Part shown: in pieces, positions 7,414-15,081 of the stretch | Position numbering within the stretch: the first letter of the stretch is position 1 | How the letters are laid out: each line of letters opens with the position of its first letter | DNA from: Sinorhizobium meliloti | GTDB lineage: Bacteria > Pseudomonadota > Alphaproteobacteria > Rhizobiales > Rhizobiaceae | Direction of reading: 5' to 3' | DNA: 32,000 bases | NCBI RefSeq assembly: GCF_017876815.1 | Contig: NZ_JAGIOS010000001.1 | Location: 840,001-872,000, forward strand | Position numbers and translations under genes: made by a program | Notes under the pieces: generated by a model | What the model saw: only the letters and a program-made list of their open reading frames with translations | Databases searched by the model: none | What the model was told of the DNA's origin: nothing

Positions 7414-10400
7414 TTACTCGCACCCCGTGCCGCTGTTGTAGATCGCATCAATCTCGGCGGCGGTCAGGACGCGGTTGTAAACGCGCACGTCATCGATCCT
7501 TCCATCAAACCAGCGCAGAATAGGATCGCGCACGCCCATATACATGTTGTGAGTGGCATCGGAATCGAAGGCGGCAGTCGGTTCCCAGAGTTCCGTATAA
7601 GCTACGGGCTGACCATTTATATACATGGCCGGAACATTGTTAAAATCGTCCTGATTGAATGTTACAGCCACATGGGTCCAAGTGTTCAGCGTAATAGCAG
7701 TATTCGTTGCCCACATACCAGCGGCGTCAACAACAGTGCTGGTATGATCTATGTAAAACATAAGGCTTCCGCCGCTGTCGACAAACTTCCATGTCCATCC
7801 GTCATTACTCTCGGCGCCTTTGTCCAGAATTCGGCCCTGATTGAAGTTGCCGTAACTCTCCGGATAAATCCACGCCGAGATCGTGCCCCCGCCTACAAAC
7901 AAATCATCCAGAGAGGCGCTGGAACCAAGATTGATATAATCGGACGAGCCGTTAAAGTTCAGCGCCGTGCCGACCTGTCCCGCGACCGTATCGGATGCCG
8001 CATCCATCCCGCCCTGCAGCGTGCCGGTATTGCCATTCCCGGAGGAGTCCGCCGCGCTCGTGCCGGTGGTTTCATTGAGCTTCCAATGAGCGACCAGGTC
8101 TGAAGAAGCGATGCAGGCGCAGGCGTCAGGGTTGCTCATGCCCTGCCACACGCCGCCGTCGCAATATTGCATCGTGCAGCTGTTGCTGTTGAACATCACG
8201 AAGCCTTCGGTGCGTGACGGGCTGGCGCAGCCGCCGGTGGGGCTGCCGGGGTTTACGGGGCCGGCGGCGTGCCAGTTGCTGCCGTCGCACCATTGCAGGA
8301 CGCGGCGGTCGGCGTTGTAGCGGATGGTGCCGGCGAGGCCGCTGGGGTTATTGCAGTAGCTGCGCGCGGAATATATATGGACGGCACCGACGAAGTTGGG
8401 ACCTATTTCCGTGTCACGGGGATCGCCTACAGCCAGTAAGCCGCCATCCAGCGCTATGCCTGTTGCATAGCTGTCGGTCGTGGCGGGCATAGATGACTCG
8501 ACGCTGTGCAGCAAGGCGCCGCTGGCGGTGTTGTAAATGAATGCGCGTCCGTTGCTGCTTGTCAGTTGATCGCCGAAAGCGCCGATAGCGGCAAACGGGC
8601 CCGAGATAGCGGATGAGTAGCCAAATTCGCTGCCAGTCCCGCTGCCGGGCTTGGTAAGGGTGGCTATGTTTGTTCCCGTGGCGGGGTTGAACGTATAGGC
8701 GACGCCGGCATGGGGGGTGCCGGCGGTGACAAGGGCGATATTATTCGCAATGCCCACTGTCTGCCCGAATTCATCGTTGGTAGAAGGCAAAGGGTTGTTC
8801 CATGTCGAGATCAGCGCACCGGTGGAAGCGTTGTATACATAGGCGCTGCCGGCATCGACGGTGCCGCCGGGATCGTCGCTGACGGCGCCGATGACGAGAT
8901 TGTTCCCTTCGAGCGCGAGGGAAGAACCGAACAGGTCGCCATTGCCCGGCGCCGGGTTGTCGATGGTTTGCGTCAGGGCGCCGGTGGTTGCGTTGAAAAC
9001 GTAAACTGTGCCCGCGTTGGTGGCGCCGGTATCGTTGTAAGGCGCGCCCACGGCGACAAGGTTCCCGTAGAGGGCGATCCCGCTGCCAAAAATATCATCG
9101 ACGGTGGGGGCGGGGTTGGCGAGTGTGGTGAGAAGGGCGCCGTTGGCGGCGTTGAAAATCCAGGCGCGCCCGGCCTGGTTGGCGCCGGTATCGTTGTCGG
9201 GCGCCCCGATCGCGATCCTGCCGCCCTGCATATCCATGGCCCAGCCGAAATTGGAGGTGGCGAAAGGTTGGGGTTCGGCAATGGCGTAAAGGGCGGCGCC
9301 GGTTGCTGAATCGCGGACCCAGACGTAACCGTTGTTGCTCTCGTTGAAATCCTCGCCGGCGGCGCGTATGGCGAGATAGGGCCCTTCCATAGCGAGGGTT
9401 TCGCCAAACAAGTCCCAGTCTGTCCCGGGTGACGGATTGTTCAGCTTGGTGAGTGTGGATTGGGTTGCCCAGTCATAGGACTGGCCGGTGTTGCAGCTGC
9501 CCACGGCGATGCGGTTGGTGGCGGTGAGGCCGGCGAGGATGACAATTGTTCCGTTGCCGGCGGCGGCACCGTACCAAGTGCCGGTTTCGATGCTGTGCAA
9601 TGTCCAGTTAAGACCGTCGGGAGAGGTCATGACGTTATTGCTGGATACCGTTTCATCGGCCAGAGCTACAAATTGACCGTCGGTATAATCGACATTGATC
9701 CAGGGGGATGCGCTGGACTGCGTTACCCAGGCTAGGCCATCGGTTGATGTTGAGATATTGTTGGGGCCGTTACTGGCGACAGCCACGAAGCGGTCGTTAC
9801 CGTAGGTGACGGATTGCCATTGCTTGGCGCCGATGGTGCCCACGGTCCAGTTGGCGCCGTCGGTGGAGGTCATGGATTGATTCGTGCCGGACGTGGTGAC
9901 GGCGACGAAGCGCCCGTTGCCATAGGCGACGTCGAACCATTGGTTGGCCTGCGCCGCCGCGTGGACAGTCCATGTGATGCCGTCGGCGGAGCGCGCCACG
10001 CGGTTGGTGCCGCTGCGCGCGACAGCCACGTAATAGCCACCGCCATAGGTCAGGCCCGCCCAGTTGTTGGCCTCCGGAATCGCCGTGGCATGCTGGGTCC
10101 AGTTCACGCCGTCGGGCGAAGTCATGACGACGGAGGAGTTGCTGGTGATGACAACGAACTGGTTGTTTGCAAAAATGATATCCATCCATTGCAAACTTGC
10201 GGGGGGGCTGGCGTTCGTCCAGCTGACGCCGTCGGTGGAATAACGGATGCGGTTGGAACCATTCTGCGCGACGAGGACGAATTTACCGGCGCCGTAAGCG
10301 ACGGCGGTGAATGTGTTCGCCGTGCCGATGGATACCGGGGTCCATGTGCCGGTGGTGCCGGTGCAGGTGGGAGCGGCGGCTTTGCGCAGGCCGATCCAGT

Positions 10401-10560
10401 TTGTGCCGTTGCAATATTCGACGGCGGCGTCGGTCAGGTCGTAGGTGAGGGTGCCGGCCTCGGCGGCGGGCGAAACGCAACTCGCCTGCGCTGCTCCCGC
10501 TGACGTAAGGGCGACGGCAAAAATCATTATCGAAATATAAAATCCAATGACCCGCATCAT
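7414..10560 (-). CDS. large secreted protein: Cys module, 7x Asp-box/BNR-like propeller, 7x FG-GAP-like propeller, 2x Cys module, LamG/ConA-like lectin domain
   Basis: Signal peptide is MMRVIGFYISIMIFAVALTSAGAAQA. There are seven ~40-aa repeats W..V.YG.G.FVAV...G.N....S.DG..WT (aa ~84-356). There are seven ~53-aa repeats NP.P...D.FG...A..G....IGAP..D.G...AG..Y.FN..TGAL (aa ~373-734). The C-terminus is LVAHWKLNETTGTSAADSSGNGNTGTL...ALNFNG...WTHVAVTF...DGRIDDVRVYNRVLTAAEI (Laminin_G_3 pattern). Confidence 0.9.
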   Translation of the reverse strand: MMRVIGFYISIMIFAVALTSAGAAQASCVSPAAEAGTLTYDLTDAAVEYCNGTNWIGLRKAAAPTCTGTTGTWTPVSIGTANTFTAVAYGAGKFVLVAQNGSNRIRYSTDGVSWTNASPPASLQWMDIIFANNQFVVITSNSSVVMTSPDGVNWTQHATAIPEANNWAGLTYGGGYYVAVARSGTNRVARSADGITWTVHAAAQANQWFDVAYGNGRFVAVTTSGTNQSMTSTDGANWTVGTIGAKQWQSVTYGNDRFVAVASNGPNNISTSTDGLAWVTQSSASPWINVDYTDGQFVALADETVSSNNVMTSPDGLNWTLHSIETGTWYGAAAGNGTIVILAGLTATNRIAVGSCNTGQSYDWATQSTLTKLNNPSPGTDWDLFGETLAMEGPYLAIRAAGEDFNESNNGYVWVRDSATGAALYAIAEPQPFATSNFGWAMDMQGGRIAIGAPDNDTGANQAGRAWIFNAANGALLTTLANPAPTVDDIFGSGIALYGNLVAVGAPYNDTGATNAGTVYVFNATTGALTQTIDNPAPGNGDLFGSSLALEGNNLVIGAVSDDPGGTVDAGSAYVYNASTGALISTWNNPLPSTNDEFGQTVGIANNIALVTAGTPHAGVAYTFNPATGTNIATLTKPGSGTGSEFGYSSAISGPFAAIGAFGDQLTSSNGRAFIYNTASGALLHSVESSMPATTDSYATGIALDGGLLAVGDPRDTEIGPNFVGAVHIYSARSYCNNPSGLAGTIRYNADRRVLQWCDGSNWHAAGPVNPGSPTGGCASPSRTEGFVMFNSNSCTMQYCDGGVWQGMSNPDACACIASSDLVAHWKLNETTGTSAADSSGNGNTGTLQGGMDAASDTVAGQVGTALNFNGSSDYINLGSSASLDDLFVGGGTISAWIYPESYGNFNQGRILDKGAESNDGWTWKFVDSGGSLMFYIDHTSTVVDAAGMWATNTAITLNTWTHVAVTFNQDDFNNVPAMYINGQPVAYTELWEPTAAFDSDATHNMYMGVRDPILRWFDGRIDDVRVYNRVLTAAEIDAIYNSGTGCE

Positions 10561-10734
10561 TCTGATTTTATACTACAATAATTAATCTATTATTTGAGCA
10601 AGGATGATGTCATTCAAACAAATTAATTCTCGCTGAACATGCATGGCCCTAAAGCAGAAGAATAAAGAGAAAATATCAATTATATCAATGGACTAAATTG
10701 CCCCTTCGAGACACTGATCTTATTCTTCCCTTAA

Positions 10735-10830
10735 TATCTGCCTTTTCGAGCCTCTTCGCGCGAAGTGTGTATGACCTATTTCGAGCCGTTTGACTGCCAA
10801 TGGTTCGGCCAGCAGTTCGCGGCTCCCTAG
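10735..10830 (+). pseudogene. 3' remnant of a T4CP-like gene paralogue
   Basis: The plus-strand frame after a TAA (10732-10734) reads YLPFRASSREVCMTYFEPFDCQWFGQQFAAP*. Its tail parallels the T4CP-like C-terminus (...[22 protein letters not shown]) and ends at the equivalent CTAG. Confidence 0.4.
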
Positions 10831-10885
10831 CCTTCCGCCTCGCGCCGGGAAGATCCCCTTGACGAAGTCGGGGTTCTTTCCGGCG
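10822..10885. repeat. Direct repeat copy B (64-bp core)
   Basis: gctccctagccttccgcctcgcgccgggaagatccccttgacgaagtcggggttctttccggcg is 61/64 identical to 5924-5987. Flanking similarity extends over about 10771-10945. Confidence 0.85.
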
Positions 10886-11222
10886 CCCCCCCGTACTGAC
10901 GGTCGAACAAATAGCGCCCCGTGACTGGATTATCGCCAAGCACGACCGCCAGCGTGGCGGCGGTCCGGCCGCGATGATCTCTGGCTGAAACATCGCATCT
11001 GCCGCTCGCGATCAACAGGCGCAGAACGGCGCCCGCGTTCCGTGCGGCGGCGATGTGGAGTGCCGTCATGCCCTGGCCGGACTCGGCGTAATTGACGTCG
11101 ATGTCCGGGTTTTTGAGAAAGCCGCGCACTCTGTCAGTGTCGCCAAGGCCCACGGCTTCCAGGAACTGGCGGTGTAGCCCGCTTCTTCGACGGTCCTCGG
11201 GAGAACCCGTTTCAGGCACCAT
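10827..11222 (-). CDS. ankyrin-repeat protein (131 aa)
   Basis: ...DIDVNYAESGQGMTALHIAAARNAGAVLRLLIASGRCDVSARDHRGRTAATLAV... shows two ANK-type repeats. Its ATG at 11222 overlaps the upstream ORF by 11 nt. Confidence 0.8.
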   Translation of the reverse strand: MVPETGSPEDRRRSGLHRQFLEAVGLGDTDRVRGFLKNPDIDVNYAESGQGMTALHIAAARNAGAVLRLLIASGRCDVSARDHRGRTAATLAVVLGDNPVTGRYLFDRQYGGAPERTPTSSRGSSRREAEG

Positions 11223-12066
11223 CGCCGTCCTGCTCCTTCGTGTAGTGCCAGATATTGTCCTTGATACGCGCCATGCGTCCTTCTTCAGGATCGTGGTCAG
11301 ATGTGAGCACTTTCATTTTCTCATGAGAGTAGCCCATAGGCGCAAAGCCGAAATCCCGCGACTTGACGAGTGTCATGTCGGCGGGGGCGCGATCCGGCAC
11401 GTCTGTCTGGTAACTCAGGACGATGTCGAGTGTTGTTTCTCTCGACACGTCTTCGCGTGCAAACAGGCAATGTTGCCCTCGTGAGCGGACCATCCATCCG
11501 GTGTAGCGGCGCTCGCTTCCGCCGTGGCGGCTCAGTATGCGCGCCAGGGCGTCCCGCTTTGTCGATTGCGGCGTGACGGGCAGGCTGTAGAGCTTTTCGG
11601 TCACGGCGAAAGTTCCGGCCTGCTCGTCCCCTATTGTCAGGAACGACAATTCCGTCCGGGGTCCGATCTTGCGGCTGCCGACAAAGGTCGCGGAGAGCGG
11701 CGGCCCGTTCTCTCCCGCTTCGCCGCCAAGACCGAAGTAATCCTGCAAGGCCCTAACCAGAATCGGCTCGGGAACAGTCGCCTCCATATCGGTTGCGGAC
11801 AGAAATTTCTTATCAATCAGATACCGGCATAGGGCATCGAGACGCTCCGGCGTGGGAGTCTGCGTCGCTGCCGCAAAACGCCTCAACGCTTCTGCCAGAG
11901 CCTTCCGCGGGTCGGCCTCGCGCGTCTCGTCATCTTCCAGAAAGCCGTCGTGCAGCGCATCGGCAACAGCATACCAGGACCGCTTGCGTCCGTTGACGCG
12001 CGTCGCCGAGCGGTACTCCAGAAGGGCCGCCCTGACTGTCCTCAATGCCGCGTCCGAAAACTCCAT
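11212..12066 (-). CDS. hypothetical protein (284 aa), coupled to the ankyrin gene
   Basis: Long ORF with balanced composition and an ATG start (MEFSDAALRTVRAALLEYRS...). The opposite-strand ORFs across it are short and Arg/Ser-rich. No domain recognised. Confidence 0.7.
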   Translation of the reverse strand: MEFSDAALRTVRAALLEYRSATRVNGRKRSWYAVADALHDGFLEDDETREADPRKALAEALRRFAAATQTPTPERLDALCRYLIDKKFLSATDMEATVPEPILVRALQDYFGLGGEAGENGPPLSATFVGSRKIGPRTELSFLTIGDEQAGTFAVTEKLYSLPVTPQSTKRDALARILSRHGGSERRYTGWMVRSRGQHCLFAREDVSRETTLDIVLSYQTDVPDRAPADMTLVKSRDFGFAPMGYSHEKMKVLTSDHDPEEGRMARIKDNIWHYTKEQDGDGA

Positions 12067-12173
12067 AATCTTCGTGCCTTGCGAGGAAAGCGCGAGGAAA
12101 CATCACGCTTTTCGATGCCAAATTCTCACGCGGAAAGGCTGTCAACAAGGCTTTTCTGGAAAGGCAGTCTACG

Positions 12174-12851
12174 ATGAGCACCATTCATCGAGCATTCGAG
12201 GGCGAACCCCGGACAGAGCTGGTGGAAATCGATGGCCAGGCGGTCATCACCGTCACAGCCGAGCATCAGTCACCCACGAAGTTGCAGGAAGCGGATGAGA
12301 AAGCCAGGGACTGGTCATGGGGCCTTATGGCTGGCAGTCTCTTTTACATCTTCAATGAACCCCAGCTTTCAGCAGGCCTGGGCGTCCTCTTCGGCGCAGC
12401 GCTGCTTGGCCGGATACCATTGCAGATGTTCTTCCGTGAAACTTCGCGGCAGGCCACGACAGTCCGCTTCACCGAGAGCAATTTCGAGATGATGAACGGC
12501 GAGGTATGGACGGCCTATGACCGCAACCATCCGCACCGGTTCATCCTCCTGGAGCATGACCAGACACGCGCCGAAAACGACGAGCTCGAATATCAGCGCC
12601 AGCGCGCTTCCCTGAATGGTCAGGCGAGAAGGATGCGCCGCTACTTCAGCGACTCCTGCATCGTCGCCTTCGAATATCTGGGCCAGCGCCTGGATATCGC
12701 CGAAGTGCAGGGCCGCAAGCGTGCTGCCGCCTTCGTAGCCCGCCTGACGCTTTGTGATGAGTACATGAACGGCCTTGCGAGCAGTCGCCGCCGCATACCG
12801 CTGACCCCCGCCGATGAATGGCGGGAACAGACCGGCGGGTTACCGCAATAA
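12174..12851 (+). CDS. hypothetical membrane protein (225 aa)
   Basis: ATG start, divergent from 11212..12066. Hydrophobic hairpin WSWGLMAGSLFYIFNEPQLSAGLGVLFGAALLGRIPLQMFF is followed by a charged soluble domain. No family recognised. Confidence 0.65.
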   Translation: MSTIHRAFEGEPRTELVEIDGQAVITVTAEHQSPTKLQEADEKARDWSWGLMAGSLFYIFNEPQLSAGLGVLFGAALLGRIPLQMFFRETSRQATTVRFTESNFEMMNGEVWTAYDRNHPHRFILLEHDQTRAENDELEYQRQRASLNGQARRMRRYFSDSCIVAFEYLGQRLDIAEVQGRKRAAAFVARLTLCDEYMNGLASSRRRIPLTPADEWREQTGGLPQ

Positions 12852-12873
12852 CAACCAATGAAAGGATACTGCC

Positions 12874-13104
12874 ATGTACAAAAACGACAACTGGGGCATC
12901 GAAATGTCGATCGCCGCCTCGAACCCGGACTATATATCGTCGCATCCCGCGGGCAGGGCAGTCAGCAGCGTAATGCACACGCACGGTTGGTATGGGTCAA
13001 ACCAGTCCGACGGGCCCCCCATTCCACCCAGGCCGGAGCACTCCGGCGCCGCGATGATTGTCTTCATCATCAATCTGTGCGTCCTGCTATTCCTCTTGAG
13101 CTGA
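12874..13104 (+). CDS. small tail-anchored hypothetical protein (76 aa)
   Basis: ATG is preceded by AAAGGA (8-nt spacing) and lies 22 nt after the previous stop. The C-terminal hydrophobic helix is AAMIVFIINLCVLLFLLS. Confidence 0.45.
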   Translation: MYKNDNWGIEMSIAASNPDYISSHPAGRAVSSVMHTHGWYGSNQSDGPPIPPRPEHSGAAMIVFIINLCVLLFLLS

Positions 13105-13145
13105 CCGTCATGGGCGCGATAGGCAAAGCAATGGGAAGCCGCCGC

Positions 13146-14060
13146 TCACGCGGCGGCCTCCTCGGATTGGCTGAAACCCGACAGATAGTCGGCAGCCCGC
13201 TGCGCGTGCGCGGCGGCGGCAAAGATCGCCCGCTTGTCGTCTTTCAGGACGGACAGCCAGTGGCCAATATAGGCGGCGTGGTCGTCCCGGTCTTCAAGGC
13301 GAAGCCCCAGGTCGGCACAGAGGAACGCAGCGCCCAGCTCGGCGACCAGTTCTTCACGGGCATAGCCGTCATCGCCGAACCGCTTGCGGCCGAGATCACG
13401 GTCAAGACGCGTGGCATGGCGGGTCCAGTGCGTGGCCTCATGGGCGAGGGTGGCGTAGTACGCCTGCGCGTCGCGGAAGGCCTCAAAACCGGGCATCTGG
13501 ATGTAGTCGAGAGCCGGGCTGTAGTAGGCGCAGTCGCCGCCATGGCGGATATCGGCGCGGGTCGCTCCGAAGAAGGTCTCGGCGTGGGCGATGCGCTCGT
13601 CGGGGTTCTGGATGTTGTCGGCCTGCGCGTGGAAGTGAGCCGGCAAGCCTTCGATCTGTTCGACATTGAAGACCGTGTAGGCCTTCAGGAACGGGATGAA
13701 ACGCTCGGCCTCGTCGCCGGTGGCCTCATCGGTCTCGGTGCGCCGCATCGTATCGGCATACACGACGGGAGAGCCCTTCTCGCCCTTGCGGACGTTGCCG
13801 CCCAGCTCGATGGCCTGCTTGAAGGTCATCCAGATCGGCGCGGCGTAGTGTCCCGTCATCGCCGATGCCCAGAGCGTCAGGACATTGATGCCGGCATAGG
13901 GCTGGCCGTTATGGCGCAGGGGCCGGGAGACATGGCCTGCGGCATGCGCAGCGTTCCAGGGCTGCGTCCAGGGTTTCACGCCTTGCTCAAGCGCTTCGAT
14001 GATCTGGTTGGTGATGCGGCTGTAGACATCCTGCCGCGGGGTTTCGTTGGTGGCCGACAT
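13146..14060 (-). CDS. ardC: ArdC-type antirestriction protein (N-terminal ssDNA-binding DUF1738 domain plus C-terminal HExxH metalloprotease)
   Basis: Start ATG at 14060 (MSATNETPRQDVYSRITNQIIEALEQGVKPWTQPW...) with AGGAG upstream. The motif LAHEATHWT is present. Length and layout are typical of ArdC. Confidence 0.9.
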   Translation of the reverse strand: MSATNETPRQDVYSRITNQIIEALEQGVKPWTQPWNAAHAAGHVSRPLRHNGQPYAGINVLTLWASAMTGHYAAPIWMTFKQAIELGGNVRKGEKGSPVVYADTMRRTETDEATGDEAERFIPFLKAYTVFNVEQIEGLPAHFHAQADNIQNPDERIAHAETFFGATRADIRHGGDCAYYSPALDYIQMPGFEAFRDAQAYYATLAHEATHWTRHATRLDRDLGRKRFGDDGYAREELVAELGAAFLCADLGLRLEDRDDHAAYIGHWLSVLKDDKRAIFAAAAHAQRAADYLSGFSQSEEAAA

Positions 14061-14345
14061 GACCTTGCTCCTTTGCGTTTGGGTTTTTCTCAAGACGCGG
14101 AGAAACAAGGCCGGGCGATTGAGCCGGCCGGTCAGGCCCTAACACGGTCCCGCCTCTACCCGGCGGGAGTGGTGCGGGCGGGGTTTGACCGGGCGGCGCG
14201 CCCGGCCGGAATTGAGCGTCAATGTTTGAGGAAACCCGCTGCAATGAGCATGGCGCCGGAAGCCGAACCGCACGGCACGGAAGAACGCAGACAGGAAGCG
14301 ACCATTGCCAAGGCAGTGCACGAGTAAATGGAAAGGGAGGTTGCT

Positions 14346-14822
14346 ATGAGAGACGAACTTTACCGCAGTCTCTTTCGATACGAGGCCATGACCGGCCAGT
14401 GCGACTGGGAAAACGAAGACGATCCAGGGCGAGAGGACCGCGACCGGGCATCTTATGACAAGGAGTATGGGCTATTGCTCCAGCCGGATGGACAGCGATA
14501 CACGTCGTATGCCCGGACGCTCCGCTTTCTGGTCGAGGTCTGCGGCCATGCTTACGACGAGTCTTTAGAGTCACTGGTCGAACACATTCAGGGCATGCCT
14601 GCCGGAGGATACCGCACCGACCTGGACGCGGACAAAGAGGCCCGCCAGATGAGGGCCGGCGGCGACAACATCATCGAGTCGCTGTTCCACCTGAAGGTCG
14701 GCCGCCTGATCGCCGGGGACGATGTCAGGGCGCTCGATTACAACTGGAGCGTCACACGGAAGTTGATGGCCCTGCCAGGGCTGCCTCGATTGCCCTATCC
14801 GAACTCCGTTCCAGCTGATTGA
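14346..14822 (+). CDS. hypothetical protein (158 aa)
   Basis: ATG at 14346 is preceded by AAGGGAGG; the track ORF begins at 14328. The product is acidic (MRDELYRSLFRYEAMTGQCDWENEDD...) and is followed by a hairpin. No family recognised. Confidence 0.6.
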   Translation: MRDELYRSLFRYEAMTGQCDWENEDDPGREDRDRASYDKEYGLLLQPDGQRYTSYARTLRFLVEVCGHAYDESLESLVEHIQGMPAGGYRTDLDADKEARQMRAGGDNIIESLFHLKVGRLIAGDDVRALDYNWSVTRKLMALPGLPRLPYPNSVPAD

Positions 14823-14830
14823 GAGGCGTG

Positions 14831-14853
14831 CTGCCCGGTAGTTTGCCGGGCAG
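14831..14853 (+). terminator. Candidate terminator hairpin after 14346..14822
   Basis: ctgcccgg-tagtttg-ccgggcag forms a perfect 8-bp stem 9 nt after the stop, followed by cgaaattt (only a weak T tract). Confidence 0.4.
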
Positions 14854-14859
14854 CGAAAT

Positions 14860-14881
14860 TTGCCACAAGCTTGCCACAAGC
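14860..14881. repeat. Tandem 11-bp repeat TTGCCACAAGC x2; related copies at 14939-14947 (inverted) and 15104-15111
   Basis: Read directly from the sequence. The copies flank the tRNA-Gly fragment and are candidate integrase/excisionase arm-type sites. Confidence 0.75.
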
Positions 14882-15008
14882 CCATGCGGGCCAGCGCGGA
14901 GAAGTAAGGATTTCTGCGGGCTCCAGCGGACTCACGATTTGTGGCAAAAATCGCTGTTTTGGGGTGAGTTCTGGAAACTGTGTGGAGCTAAGTATCTGAT
15001 CCCAAACA

Positions 15009-15057
15009 TGGAGCGGGTGAAGGGAATCGAACCCTCATAGCCAGCTTGGAAGGCTGG
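15009..15057 (-). pseudogene. 3' fragment of tRNA-Gly(UCC) (anticodon arm to CCA); att-site remnant
   Basis: The minus strand reads CCAGC-CTTCCAA-GCTGG-CTAT-GAGGG-TTCGATT-CCCTT-CACCCGC-T-CCA. The sequence 5' of it (gcccgcagaaacataggtgtttcag) cannot form the acceptor 5' strand or a D arm. It lies 24 nt from the integrase stop. Confidence 0.7.
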
Positions 15058-15081
15058 CTGAAACACCTATGTTTCTGCGGG

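Noticed and set aside
12858-14327. 489-aa plus-strand ORF
   Set aside because: It is antisense to the clear ArdC gene (13146..14060). It is Gly/Arg/Ala/Val-rich with no motifs, a typical high-GC shadow ORF.
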